From: Macrostomum lignano | Taxonomy: Eukaryota | Assembly: GCA_002269645.1 (NCBI GenBank) | Contig: NIVC01001097.1 | Location: forward strand, 295,230-359,229 | DNA length: 64,000 bases | Direction of reading: 5' to 3' | Part shown: positions 21,884 through 34,879 of the stretch, piece after piece | Numbering within the stretch: position 1 is the stretch's first letter | How the letters are laid out: each line of letters starts with the position of its first letter | Program-made: the position numbers and the translations under genes | Notes under the pieces: generated by a model | Told to the model about the DNA's origin: nothing | What the model saw: only the letters and a program-made list of their open reading frames with translations | The model's database searches: none

Positions 21884-24800
21884 CTCTAGCATGAATTATT
21901 GAATTATTGAAGTGGAATCAGGATCTAGATGGTCAATCCCAGGATTTTTTAATCCTGGACAATTGTGATCCCTGGATTTAGGCCTAATCCTGGGATCCCT
22001 GGATTTTATTCACTATCCAGCCCAAAACCCTGGGGTCATGTTCACTCTCCGCTGCCCACTTTGTAAAATCTTTGATGTTTGAGTTTAGTCTTGTTTACAT
22101 AATTTAATGTTGACTTTAAATTTTAAACTCATTGTGCATGTTGTGATAACCTTGACAATGTGAATGCCCACTGCCCAGACAGTAGTAGGTTGTGATTGCA
22201 AATGTAATATATACATTCATATTGCTTTGCACAGTGATACATGTACATTACATAATCTAATATATGTTATACATAAAATATATTATATAATATATATGCA
22301 TATTACAATATTGATATTATGAGTAGTAATATACTACTATAACATTCAATATATGAGTATAATAATATCATTGTTATAATGTTATATATTACATTTACCA
22401 GCCTAGCATTACCCCTTTAGCTCCTACCAGAAACTGTAAGCATTATAAAAAAAATATAGATACTTTATTGTCTTCAAATTATTTACTTGGGACTCCAAGG
22501 TTATAGCCAAAAAACCTAGGTCCCAAGGAGCAAATTTTCTAGGAAATTGACATTCTTAGATCATACCTCACCTCACAAGGGCACCTACCATAGATTGAGA
22601 ATTAGTAGCTTGGGGTTGTAGTTGTGGTCTGATTCCAACAATAACGTCCCACTGTTCTAATCCCAACTATAGCCAAGGAATTTTGAAGGTAGGGACTACT
22701 TAAAGTAGTTCTATTACCACCACTATGATAGGCATCTAAAGGGTGTATTGACACTTTGAGGTTTTTTGCATAGGGGGGGGGACTTTTGATCTGCACAAGG
22801 TTGAGACCCCTAATTTTAGATAAGTTATAGATAGATAAAGTTTAAATTAAATGAACAATAATTGAATTCCCCATCTGGCAAGCACTATGATTCATTTATT
22901 TTTTGTCATAAATGAACTGAAATTTTAGTATAGACACAAATTTTGGGCAAGGAGAAGCATGCTTGTTCAAGCTTTGAATCAGCCTTCAACTTTAATAGTG
23001 TGGTAGGGCTCCTAGAATTCATCATTAATTATGCTAATTATTGTTAATTACTAATGACTTACTAATGTGCAAAATCAATTCACTGGAAACTCATGCACAC
23101 GCAAGAACAAATAGGTTACTGTATATGTGTGACAAGAGGTCTACCAGTTGTTTTACTGCACTGATTCTGTGGGTATATAAATACAATGCGCACCAATTTG
23201 AATTTTCCTCAGATCTTGTTTGAATTTGGCCTCAGTTTCTTGTTTGAATTTCCACTCTTGTTCTCGTAGGCCCAGAGTTGCCTATTAGCCCGGACCATGT
23301 GCTCCCAGTCTAGTATTGTCTTGTGTAGGATTGGCCTTGTGTGCCTGACAATTTATTAGTTCATGACTAGCTATTAGTAACTAAATGAGTCTTAGTTAAG
23401 TGCAGCTCCTAAGTACTGAGTTAGTTTAGTCAAACCTAAATCTTAGCTCTAACAGACTATGTTGGTAAGGACATAGGAGGCTGAGCTTATCTTTGTGTTT
23501 TGTTGACTAATTATTGTTAAGGTTAATTATTATTTTCTGCTAGTGCGCTAGTTAATTATTTGTTTAATAATTACAATTGGCAGTTTGTTAAGTCATTGTT
23601 CAATTTAAGTTCAAATTCTAATTCAAATTATTCAAATCTTCCTTGATAGCGATTTTGGCTCAGTCATTTAATCATAGTTTTGATTGGTGATAGCAAACTA
23701 CCTTTCATGACATTTAGTTTGGGAATTGCTTGTCGATACATTGGGGAACATAACTTATCAAGAAAGGTACTGCCCTTCGACTGGTACAAAATAAGCAGTT
23801 TTGCCTTAGGCCAATTCTCAGAAAGCTACCAAAAGTTTAAGTTATTTGGGACTCCTGTCCACCTGGAAATAGAGAAACTAGTCACTCCACTCACTAAGAG
23901 TTCGTGGACAAGAGATCCATCTGAGCTAATAGGAACCAAGAGGCCCAGAAGGAAACTATAATTCCGCGAGCCATAGGGCCCATAGGAAATTGTAGGGCAC
24001 TTGCAACAAGAGGCCTGTCTTAGTCCCCCACTAAGTTTCGCAATCGTGATATATTACTTGTTGGCAGTAGCATGGTTCGCATCAATTTATTATTCAGACC
24101 AAATAAATAGCAACCTTTTACATTTTGTGGAACTGGCATTGGGATTAGCGTGAAGTATTTTGTTAGCAACTTAGAGGGCTGTTACATTTAGTGTCTTAGC
24201 AGTGGAATTTAGTAGTCAACATCGGAGTTTTTAATTAACCAGCACCGGTTACAATGGTTAGTTGAGAAATCTCTTTAAATGAGTTCTGATGAAATATTTT
24301 AAGAAGTGTTTTTCTATGTTAATTCATTTTCTAAGTGAAGTGAAGTAGTAGGAAGTGCATACAGTATATACTACTGAGAAGTAGAACATTAGAAAGAGAA
24401 AAAATACAAAGTAGATCTCAAAACATATAAGGGCCATGACCTGATCCTAGTAACACTCAGGACTGGAGAACATATATGTAGTACATATACCAGTAGACCA
24501 TATACTGCTCAGGCCAGGATAACAGAAAAATGCTACCAGAATAATAGTAGAACACTACCAGAATAATAGTAGAAAGCTACCTGTGAGAGTTTAAATTAAT
24601 ACTCAGATCAATACTTAGAATAATTCTCAGACAAATACTTAGACCTATGCTTAGATAAATACTCACAGACAAATATTTAGATATATGTGCAGACTGATTC
24701 TAAGAAATTTTCTCAGACTTATTCTAGGATAATAAATTTATAATAGAATAGTCTTAGTAGCAGCTACCAGCATTAGGAAATTAATATAGAGAAGTAAAGC

Positions 24801-25330
24801 CCTATCACAACTTTGGTGGCATTTTGTGAGATTTAATTAAAGACAGAGGAAGACCCCTACATCAGTATATATATCAGAGATAAAATGGATCTCTCATTTT
24901 TATGAGCAGAAAAAATATATATAAAATAAAAAAGTTGACAAATAATTCTAACCTTCTGCAAGCAGAACTCAGATATGGAAAAGTTGATAGAAAAAAGTTA
25001 ATGGAATACTTCATAGTTAATGTGATAGTTGACTAAATAGTTAATAGAAAATGATAAAAAAGTTAACAAAAATGTAAACAAGTAAATAAAAAAGTTAATG
25101 GCCAAAGTTATACTTACAACTTTTAGACCACTGCTAAATCATAACATAAGCTAAACTTTTATAGACACTAAAGAGCAGTTTTATTTTTTAAATTTAGGTC
25201 TAGCAATTGCTCAATGGATATAGTTTATTGAAGGCTATAAGTGAAATAAATAAACCCTACTAAACAAATCTAATATATTTTAATAATTTTTTAACAAATG
25301 CAAGTCTAAAATTTTTATTGTTACCCTTTT

Positions 25331-26422
25331 TGACGCGACGCAGACAAGGCTTGTTTAATTTGAACAATAATGCTCGCTGACCTGTTCCTGCTCCTGTTCG
25401 CTGACCTGGGGTTCAAGTGACTCTTGATGGACAGTCTTTGATCGGCAGACAGAGGCGAAGTGATTGCGCCTGTTGCAGCTCGCACACTTCTTTCCGTAGG
25501 CAGGGCAGCTTCCTTTTGCGTGACTACCCCCGCAGTATGAGCACTTTGATGAAGCATTGGACTTGGACTGACGTCTGGCGAAGGCTATCTCCAGTTGCTG
25601 CGGTTGTGTCGGGGCCACACTGTACTCTTGTATTTGCTCGATTTGTTCTAAGCTTTGCAGAATGTCGAGTCCTTTCGAGCACCCTGCGCCTGTGCTCTGC
25701 CGTAGCCAGACCGTCAATCAAGCGCATCGTTATCATATCATCTTCGATTGGTTGCTTCTTTCCCAGCTCCGCGAAGTCACAGCTAGCCGCCGCGGCACGA
25801 AGTCGTCGATAGTACGCAGCCGCCTTCTCGCCCTGCTCTTGCTTGATACCCAGGAACTTCATGCGTTCGGCTATGACAAGGCGCCGCTTGGGACGGATGG
25901 TGGCAGTTATCAGTTCTTTTATAGTTTCGAACTTCATGTCCTCCAGCAGTTTCGGTGCTGCGGCTAGCGAGAGAGTTCTGATTGCTGAAAGGCCAGCTGT
26001 GGCGAGAAAGAGATCTGTGACGTCCCGAGCTGTGTCCGAGTCACTCAGTTTCTTTATCCGAGCATTGGCAGCAAAGCTCAGAATCCAGGCTTCCGCTTGG
26101 TCCGGGTCGTCAAGATTCAGCTGTGTCTCCTTGTATCCTGCTTGCGACGCCATTGACGCGACGCAGACAAGGCTTGTTTAATTTGAACAATAATGCAGCG
26201 AACTGATATATTTGCTGAGTAAAAATTACAACGAAGAAAAGCTAGATTCAGTTATTTAAATATGTAGTGGTATAAAACGATATTTGAGTTATTGATAAAA
26301 GTTAGATTTGAAAGTACACTATGTGCGCATTGATGTACGCATGAGTGGGGTGGACGCTAGGCAGGGTAAGCAGGGCACAAAGTGAGTCAGTTTAATATCT
26401 AGCCAGTCAATAGTCAGCGACA
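25331..26422 (-). mobile_element. Internally deleted Gypsy (Mag-like) LTR retrotransposon: 5' LTR 26422-26154, frameshifted gag ~26153-25374, last ~43 bp of 3' LTR
   Basis: LTR TGTCGC...GCGTCA; 44-bp direct repeat 25330-25373 = 26153-26196; TSD CTTTT at 25326-25330 and 26423-26427; gag with IAERMKF and CSYCGGSH..CPAYGKKCASCNRRNHFASVC knuckles. Confidence 0.88.
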
Positions 26423-26658
26423 CTTTTGACTATTGCCCTTATGACTGTTGCCCTTTTTATCTATTGCCCTTTTTATTGGTACCCTAAATTACATGATCTA
26501 AAATGTAGTGCTTGCTATACCTAATGCTATACACAAGTAAAATTGAAAAAAGTAAGAAAATCAGGCTCCTACAAAAAACTTATCAATACCCAAGATCTGC
26601 AATAGCAATATTACTATGATACAAATAGACAATTTGCCAAAAACCTTTTGGCTAAACA

Positions 26659-27485
26659 TACATGCACAACAGTCAGCCGAGTTAGCCGATCTGGCTGACC
26701 AATTTGGTGGCCAACCAAGGTAAGTTGCAAAATGCCCATCTGAATAAATAAGTAGTACTAAGTAGATGACGAGGCATTTTGCCTTAATAAGACAGTTATA
26801 GTTACTCTTGCCATTTACCAAAAGTTGCGTTAATTTTGCTTTAAGGTTTCTTTTATATGTAAGTTGCATTTTGGCCCAAAAATATGTCACATTTTTGTTA
26901 GAACTAAGTTGCATGGCTGACTGAATTTTGGAGGTTGCGCATATATATGGCTAAAAGTCAATTCACCAAATGCCTTTTTGTCAAAAGTCAATTTACAAAA
27001 AACCTGATTGGGAAACTGATATCTAATAATTCAAATTGCAATATTAGCAATGTATTTGGAGGCGCATGACCAAGATGGCCATATACCAAGATGGCCACAG
27101 CTTTAAATGTCTAAATAGATAATAATAAGACTAGGTACATATATTTAACTCCTTTCCTTTTTTAGCAATTAGGAAAATAGATGTTATAATACATACATGC
27201 GCAACAGTTGGCTGAGTCGGCCAATCTAGCCAACCAATTTGGCAGCCAATCAAGGAACTCGCAAAAATGCCCACCCAAAAAATACCAAAGTAGTAGTACT
27301 AAGTAGCTGATGAGACATTTTGACTTAATAAGACAGTCATAGTTACTCTTGCCATTTATCTAAAGTTGCGTTAATTTTGCTTTAGGGTTTTTTTACATGT
27401 AAGGCACATTTTTGGCCAAAAACTACGTCGCATTTTTGTTAAAAAACTAGTTGCATGGCCGACCAAATTTTGGAGTTTGCGCATG
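26659..27485. mobile_element. Two copies (26659-26944, 27196-27485) of a ~290-bp TA-flanked MITE
   Basis: TA-CATGCGCAA...TTGCGCATG-TA termini on copy 2; copies alignable throughout. Confidence 0.65.
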
Positions 27486-27947
27486 TATATTATTATAGAA
27501 TTGTATTATAATCATTCCCTTTGGACTTAGGCCTAGCTTTTATTGTAGCCTGACCTGTAGGAGCTTACTTATTTATCTACTATGTGAAGCAAGTAACCTA
27601 GCACAAAATAAATACCCTATGACATTCATATATTTATCCTAATTATTTGCATAGCTAGCATTACCATTAGCAATAGTTTTTAATAAACAGATCGTGATAG
27701 ATTTGATAGATGTGATGATAGAGAATAAATTGGCACAAACACTAAAAAAGATTAAACGTTTTATATTATAAGTAGGCCTAATTAGTTTCAAATCTATTTT
27801 TGTATTAGTATTTATGAATATAATTGATTAAACAAAAATAATTTAATATATTATATTGCTAATTAATGATAGATAGAAAGAGAATAGATATAATAAATAT
27901 TCAATATTGTAGCCATCTTGGTGTGTGGTCATCTTGGTCTTATACCC
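27060..27947. mobile_element. Inverted-repeat element hosting the second 290-bp MITE
   Basis: GACCAAGATGGCCATATACCAAGATGGC at the left end is inverted as GCCATCTTGGTGTGTGGTCATCTTGGTC at the right end. Confidence 0.5.
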
Positions 27948-29319
27948 TTTTGCATAAGGTTGTAATTTTTTTTTTATTAATTGTCATTGCCAAAAATTTT
28001 TTATTGATTATCAATTATAAAACACTTGTTCCTATTGCCATTGGTGAAATTCTTTTAATTTTATAAAAAAATATTTGGAAAATAATTTTTGTGTAACAAC
28101 TACTATATGCTGTATTGTAGTTAAGCTGATATATATTGAAAGATATTTTTCCTTCCTAAAAAGACATTTTTCATATTAATAAGCAATATACTAATAGTAA
28201 TACAAATTATTATTATTTTCTCCTTTACTCAACAAATCAATAATGAATTAAGAGTAGCTTACAATGCAGTAAAATGAGTAAACTCCCTGTAATTTGTAGG
28301 CCTAGGCTACTGTTCTATAAGCCACAATGTGCATGTATTTTATATTGTGTTACTTGTGTTATTGTGTTATGCAAAATGTTACTATTATGTAATAAGTTTT
28401 CAATATCTTACTTTTGAAAAATGGTATCCAGAAAGTAGGATAACTAATATAACTTAGTTCAAAAACCTTAGTAGTAGTCTCAAAGGAATACAATCCACTT
28501 CAGTACTCAGCCATTTTGGTCACAGCCACTTTGGTAACAAAGCAGAGCAACACTTTATTTTTATGATATTTAGGTTTAGCAATAATTAGTTTAATAATTT
28601 TCATCTCAAATATCTTATTGCCACATATGGCTAAACTTTCTAGTTGAACTGCATTATAATTCGTTTAAACTTGCGCATTAACTTTGTGAAAAAAAATGGA
28701 AGGCAAAGAAAATTAAGCAACCAGTGAGCTCGAGCATACTGTATAGTCATAGAAATTGAAAAATTAAATAATGAATGAAAAAGAAAGTAGATTCTATAAT
28801 TTTAAGTCAGAGATTCTAATGTAAATGATAGGCCTACACAATATTTGGTCAACTACAGGATGTCTCGGGTGCATGTATCTGACTCATCTGAAAATTAAAA
28901 TAGATCGGCTAAAAATGGTTCACTTTTAAACAAGTTAAACAGATGCAGGTACGCATGTGTTTTGTCGTTCTTTCTTTCAAGTTTGTTCGCACATTCTTTC
29001 AGAGCATATCAATTAATACATCTTTGTATTAACTCAGATCTATATTATATTATTCTAACTTGCTGTTGTTACCGAAGTGGACTGTTACCACTCAAAGTAA
29101 ATCACTCAATAATACAATAATACATCTAGAGGTAGTAGAGGGTTCTAGGCGCCTATAACAAATAATAAATAATAAAACTTTAATAAGTTAGGCCTAGTAT
29201 TCTACTATATCAAGTTATTTGTGAAATCTAACGGGCACCCATACCCAAATCTTCGAAGTCAACTTTGAACACAAAACTTAAAACCGACCGACCGAACGTC
29301 CCGTGAAGTGCAAGCCGGG

Positions 29320-29697
29320 GGGTCTCCCTAAAAGACGCCCCGCACCGCCCTGCAGTGCTACACATTAAAACAAATTGGACTATAACTGAAGACAGTTCAA
29401 AATGCGTTTTCTGTTAAGCTTCAAAGTTTTTATTAAATTTAGTTTTTTTACTTTGAAATAAAAAATTCGGTGAGTAAGAAGTGATATTAATAATAATATT
29501 AAAAAATAATAATAATTTAATTTAATAATGAAAACGAGAATATAAAAAAGAAAATTATGTTTAAAATAATAATTATAGATATTTATTCCATTACTCTTAC
29601 AACAAATAGTTTTTCTTGCAATCGTATACTGCATTGACAAAAAATGTTATAATGTGTAGCGGTTCGGGGCGGTGCGGTGCGTGTTTTAGGGAGACCC
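29320..29697. mobile_element. Mutator-like MITE
   Basis: ~47-bp TIRs GGGTCTCCCTAAAA.ACGC.CCGCACCGCCC...GCTACACATT; 9-bp TSD CAAGCCGGG at 29311-29319 and 29698-29706. Confidence 0.85.
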
Positions 29698-30772
29698 CAA
29701 GCCGGGCCAGATTTTGTATAAAAAACAAAAGTATAACAATTTTTTTACTTTATTTTGTCTACCAAGTTATTGACACAAAACACTAAATTTTCATAAACTA
29801 TAATTATTTAGTGCGCATATTTTTCAACACGATTTGTTTAGTCGCCATGCTTTTCGTCGTCTTAGTATCAAGGAGTACTTAAGTGCAAGGACTACTTGAG
29901 TGGTCATTTTTGCCTAGTATATGATTTTCGACTTTGGTTTCGACTTAAGATCTATACTGATTGAGCGACTAAGTGAGGTCGTCCCAGATCTCGATGGAAG
30001 TAATGGGAATGCTTGTTAAAAATGATAGAAAAGAATTCCTCAACTTTTTTAAGACCACAATAGAACAGCCAATGCTGACAGTTTGCGAACAAAATTTAAA
30101 AAATATATATTTCTCCACAGGAATTAATAATGATTGTACCACAGGTGATGCCTGTTTAAACTTTAGTAAAAAATAACGCTAAGCAACAGAGCCAGTGCAT
30201 GGGAATTATAACCTTATTTAGTAATGTATATTAGGAGTATTTTAAGACTTAAGAGACAGCATGTCCTACTTGAACTTAAATAATGACTATGATTTTTGTT
30301 TAAAAGAGCAATAATATGAAGCACTTGTAAAGTAAAATCAGTTAAAAACTTACCTAAAAACACTAGACAGACCAGCATTACTTGATAGACGTACAGCTCC
30401 GCAAAGATGCGCACAATAACCGATATTCGGGCGCATAAAACTTGATTTATCTAAATCTACGTATATCTTCAACCTGCTAGGATGAGAGCAGACAGAGAGC
30501 GCAGTAGGGTATAGGGATGGGCAAGAGTATTGAGATTAAAACTTTATAATAGATCGTAAAAATTAGAAAAATCGATAAACATAATCGACCGATATCAAAA
30601 CCATCAGTTATTTATTTTTAATTATACTAAATCCTAGATCCTGAAGAGCATAAAAAGGGCAAAATGAGCTAAGTTGATCATCCATGCAGCAGAGAAAGCG
30701 TGATATTGAATACGTAACTTAAATGTATATAAATAAATATTATTCAGCCTGGGCCCTGGCTGGGATGGCTGC

Positions 30773-33700
30773 TCAGTCGTGCACCTCCTCGGTTACTGAA
30801 TCAGCAGATGGCACAGGTAGCTGCTCCAGCTGCTGCACCTTCTGCGGCTGCTGACGGTCACCGTCACCCGCTTTCTCATCGTCCTGCAGAAAAAGCGAGC
30901 GGGAGGGCGCGGCCTCGAGCTCCTCCTGAGTGAGCACCCGCACCGCATACTCCCCATCAATATCGGCCAGTCCGTGCACCTCCACCGGCTTGTTGCCCTT
31001 CAGCAGCTTGGCCAGGTAGGACGTGATGGGTGGGGTGATCACCTGGCCTGGCACTAGCACCGGGATGCCGGGTGGGTAGGCCAGCACCTGGTCGCAGCAG
31101 ACGCGGCCAGTAAGAGCCTCGTTCGGCCTGCGGATAGATAGCGGATGGGCGGGATAGATAGCGGATGGTGGGGTAGATATCGGATGGTGGGGTAGATAGC
31201 GGATGGGCGGGGTAGATATCGGATGGTGGGGTAGATAGCGGATAGGCGGGTAGATAGCGGATGGTGGGGTAGATAGTGGATAGGCGGGGTAGATAGCGGA
31301 TGGGCGGGGTAGATAGCGGATGGGCGGCGGGGTAGATAGCGGATGGGGGGTAGATAGCGGATGGGCGGGGTAAATAGCGGATGGCGGGGTAGATGGCGGA
31401 TGGGCGGCGGGGTAGATAGCGGATGGCGGGGTAGATAGTGAATAGGCAGGGTAGATAGCGGATGGGCGGGGTAGCTAGCGGATGGGCGGCGGGGTAGATA
31501 GCGGATGGCGGGGTAGATAGCGGATGGCGGGGTAGATAGCGGATGGCGGGGTAGATAGTGAATACGCGGGGTAGATAGCGGATGGGCGGGGTAGATAGCG
31601 GATGGGCGGGGTAGATATCGGATGGGCGGCGGGGTAGATAGCGGATGGCGGGGTAGATAGTGGATAGGCAGGGTAGATAGCGGATGGCGGGGTAGATATC
31701 GGATGGGCGGCGGGGTAGATAGCGGATGGCGGGGTAGATAGTGGATAGGCAGGGTAGATAGCGGATGGCGGGGTAGATAGTGAATAGGCGGGGTAGATAG
31801 CGGATGGGCGGGGTAGATAGCAGATGGGCGGCGGGGTAGATAGCGGATGGCGGGGTAGATAGTGGATAGGCGGGGTAGATAGCGGATGGCGGGGTAGATA
31901 GTGGATAGGCGGGGTTGGAGAGCGGGCGTGTCACTCACCGGCCATCATCGTCCAGCAGGTAGAGACACTCGCCCGACTCGTAGAAAGCGCTGCGCGGCAG
32001 GCAGGCCAGCCGGCTGAAGTGCGGCACCTCCGCCATCCGGTAGGACTGCTTCGGCACCCGGCGCCGGTCCTTGGCCAGGCGGAACATGGCGTCGCACAGG
32101 CGGGACACCTTGCTGCGGGTGGTGCCTACGCCCAGCAGCAGCGTCAGCGTGCTGAATGTCGACTTCTCGCCCTGGATGTTGTACTTGTCGAACAGCACCT
32201 GGCATTGATGGTCGGGAAGGTTTTAAAATTCTGTATAGTCAGTGCATTCGACTTTTCTACTTTGATTCCTTAGGCGCGACACAAAATTATTTTTTAATTT
32301 TACAGTGAGAATCCTGTTGTGTTGTGCACTTTTACGGTGCCTGTGTACCTGCCTCCCAGCGGGCTGGGGTCACCCCTCAACTAGTTGTTTACAGTACTTT
32401 TTGTTATTCCCCCCTTTGCGTTGCCGCAGCCAGAGGCTTAAGTCGGTGTGAGTTTTGGCATTTGTTCGCTCGCCCTGCGTGGTGATTGGTCGCGGCCAGC
32501 CAGTCGCGTAGTGATTGGCTGGGCCGGTGGCGGGCGTGGTGCTGACGTCCCCCGGGGGGAATGGCTGGGGGGTTGGTGGGGTGGTGGAGTTGAGAGCGCG
32601 TGGCCCTCCCCCCTCCGCGGGCGTGTGCTATTTAACATCGCTCGCGGCGGATTGGAGCGGTGCGCGTCTCGACTGTCCCCTCTCTGTGAACTCGATTTTT
32701 CGTCAGAGCTATATACACCGAAAAAGGCCATCTACCTGAGCCCTGAGCGACAGCCGCCAGCTAAGTAAGTGCGCATTCTGCCTTTTTTCTTTCGGTTGCC
32801 TAGGGGGGCAGAGAGTCCGTGTGTCCGGACACCGACTCAGCTAGTTGGGGTTGATACCAGTACGTCAGAAGGATACCTACCGTACGCCTCTACGCCTCTA
32901 CGCCAGCCAGTGCGTCCCGACGCCTCGCTGAAGGCGGCCCGCACCACTGCGTCCCGACGCGTGGGAAGGCTGCGTGGGTGCGTCCTGACGCCCCAGACTG
33001 TCAGGGGAAGTGCTCGCCCTAGCGCCCGCGTGCAGGCTTAGCAAGGACCCGATTGTACTGTACCCTGGTAGGACTACCCTACTGCCGGGCCGGGGGCTGC
33101 AGGGATACAACAATCCCTTCAAATCCAACAATGAAAAACTCATATTCACTGACATCCCAAAGTGAGGACTAAAACTCGCTCAAATCCCACAAACCTGTTC
33201 CATCTCGTCGGCGCTGTAGCCAGACTTGGAGATGTCCACAGTCAGCTTGGTGGGGTCCAGCCGAACCCCGTCATTGCGCACCTCATCGGGCAGGAGGTCG
33301 CCGATGTCCAGTACGCGGAAGACGCCGGTGGAGTTGATTTTCTGGCGAAGTTCAGCGCCCAGTTTGAGGGTCCGGTCCAGCAGCTTGTAGCCCTCCATCA
33401 TTGCCTGCTTCCGGCCAACGTCCAGGCTGGCGATGAGAGCGTACTGTGGGCTCGTGGAGGCGTACATGTTGAAGTTCTCACGGAACAGGTGCTCGTCGAA
33501 CTCCGGGTCGTTGACGTGGACCATGCTGGCCTGCGAGAAGGAGGTCAACGTCTTGTGGATGCTCTGCGTTACGTAGTCGGCGCCGCACTCCAGCGCGGTG
33601 GGCCGGAAGGCCGGATGGAAGCGGGCGAAGGCGTACCAGGCCTCGTCAATGATCACCTGCGGGATTTGGTGGCGTTGGGAGCGCGGGTTCCGAAATTGCA

Positions 33701-34831
33701 AAGTGGCATCCCGGTTATGAAAGGTTCATGAGATGCTTTGAAACACATTGACTATAACAACGGCACCAAGCCGATTCAAGCGTTTAAAGGCAGCACTAAA
33801 GTACTCAGGCGGCATCCGTATAAACAAACCTTGATGCCGGCCTTGTGCGCAGCCTCAACAATGGGCTTCAGGTCGTACAGCATACCATCGTAGGTGCAGC
33901 AGGTGAGAATGAGCGCCTTGGCGTCCGGATTCTCCTTGATAGCCCGGTAGATGGTGGCCTTCGGCACAGGGCCGAAGATGCCGAACTCCCTGCACACGGA
34001 GGAGTCCAAGTAGATGGGCCGAGCGTCCGACAGGATCACGCCGTGGTGGACGGACTTGTGGCAGTTGCGGTCCAGCAGGAGCTTGTCGCCCGGGGCCAGC
34101 AGAGTCTGGAAGATGATCTTATTGGTGGTGGAGGTGCCGTTGGTGGCCAGATAGGTCTTGCGGGCGCCGAAGGCCGTGGCGGCCAGGTTCTGGGCGGTGG
34201 CGATGACCCCAGTGGGGTGCAGCAGCGAGTCCAGCATGGGCACGGAGACCGACAGGTCGGCCCTGAGCAGATTCTCCCCCACGAACTCGTAAAAATCGCT
34301 GACCCAGGGCGAGTTCTTGAGCGAGTCACCGCCAGAGTGACCGGGCGAGTGCCAGGAATCCTTGGCCATCTTCACATAGGCCTGCAGCGCATCGTAGAAC
34401 GGCGTGGCGGACTTCTCGGCCAGCTCGGCGGACAGGATGCGGAACCAGCCGTGGTAGTCGGGCTCGTCCCGGTCGAAGTAGCCGTCCACGGCGTGGCTGA
34501 CCAGCTCCTCCACCATGGCGCGCTCGTCATCGCTGAGCACAACATAGAGGGACAGCTCCGGCCGCCAGGAGTTGATGCGGTTGGCCAGGTCCAAGGCCGC
34601 CTGGCCGGCGCCGAGGCCGGCCAGCGACTTGTCAATCACCACCAGCTGCAGGTCGCCGTCCGCCTTCACCGTCTGCATGGCGTGGTCTCCGGTGTGCGCG
34701 GACACGAATGCGATGCCGAACGGGTTGTCAAGGCGAGCGCTGGCCGAGGCCAGGCCGCTCAGAGCCGGCTCCAGCCAGGCCGCGTCGTTGCTGACGACCA
34801 GCGCACGGCTTACCGGCTTTAGCGACGGCAT
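30773..34831 (-). CDS. Bacterial-type PLP-dependent Orn/Lys/Arg decarboxylase with N-terminal receiver-like wing domain (692 aa); exons 34831-33830, 33656-33195, 32198-31939, 31127-30773
   Basis: WHSPGHSGG, NGTSTTNK, LLDRNCHKSV, IDEAW, QSIHK (PLP lysine), STSPQY, YPPGIPVLVPG; three GT-AG introns with phases 0/0/2; exons sum to 2079 nt with no stop. Confidence 0.93.
31135..31915. repeat. 19-23-bp minisatellite filling decarboxylase intron 3
   Basis: GGGGTAGATAGCGGATGGC variants, running to within ~10 nt of the acceptor. Confidence 0.95.
32409..33170 (+). other. GC-rich antisense insert in decarboxylase intron 2 with Pol II promoter motifs and a micro-intron; possibly a retroelement 5' end
   Basis: ATTGG 32485 and 32514, GGGCGTGG, TGACGTC 32543, TATTTAA 32629, GTAAGT..TAG 32765-32803. 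Confidence 0.4.
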
Positions 34832-34879
34832 GGCCTGCTGCGAGCAGCAGAAGGAGATTTGAGTCCGGCTCTGCCACTG

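Noticed and set aside
23260-24100. Suspected decayed transposase or retroelement coding remnant
   Set aside because: Multiple stops and no motif I can assign to a family.
32680-32712. CTGACGA hammerhead core on the minus strand
   Set aside because: No matching stem II followed by GAAA and no cleavage triplet helix found.
30773-34831. Bacterial contamination as the explanation of the decarboxylase
   Set aside because: The ORF needs three GT-AG introns to be intact and carries host-type intronic repeats; an assembly chimera would not produce this.
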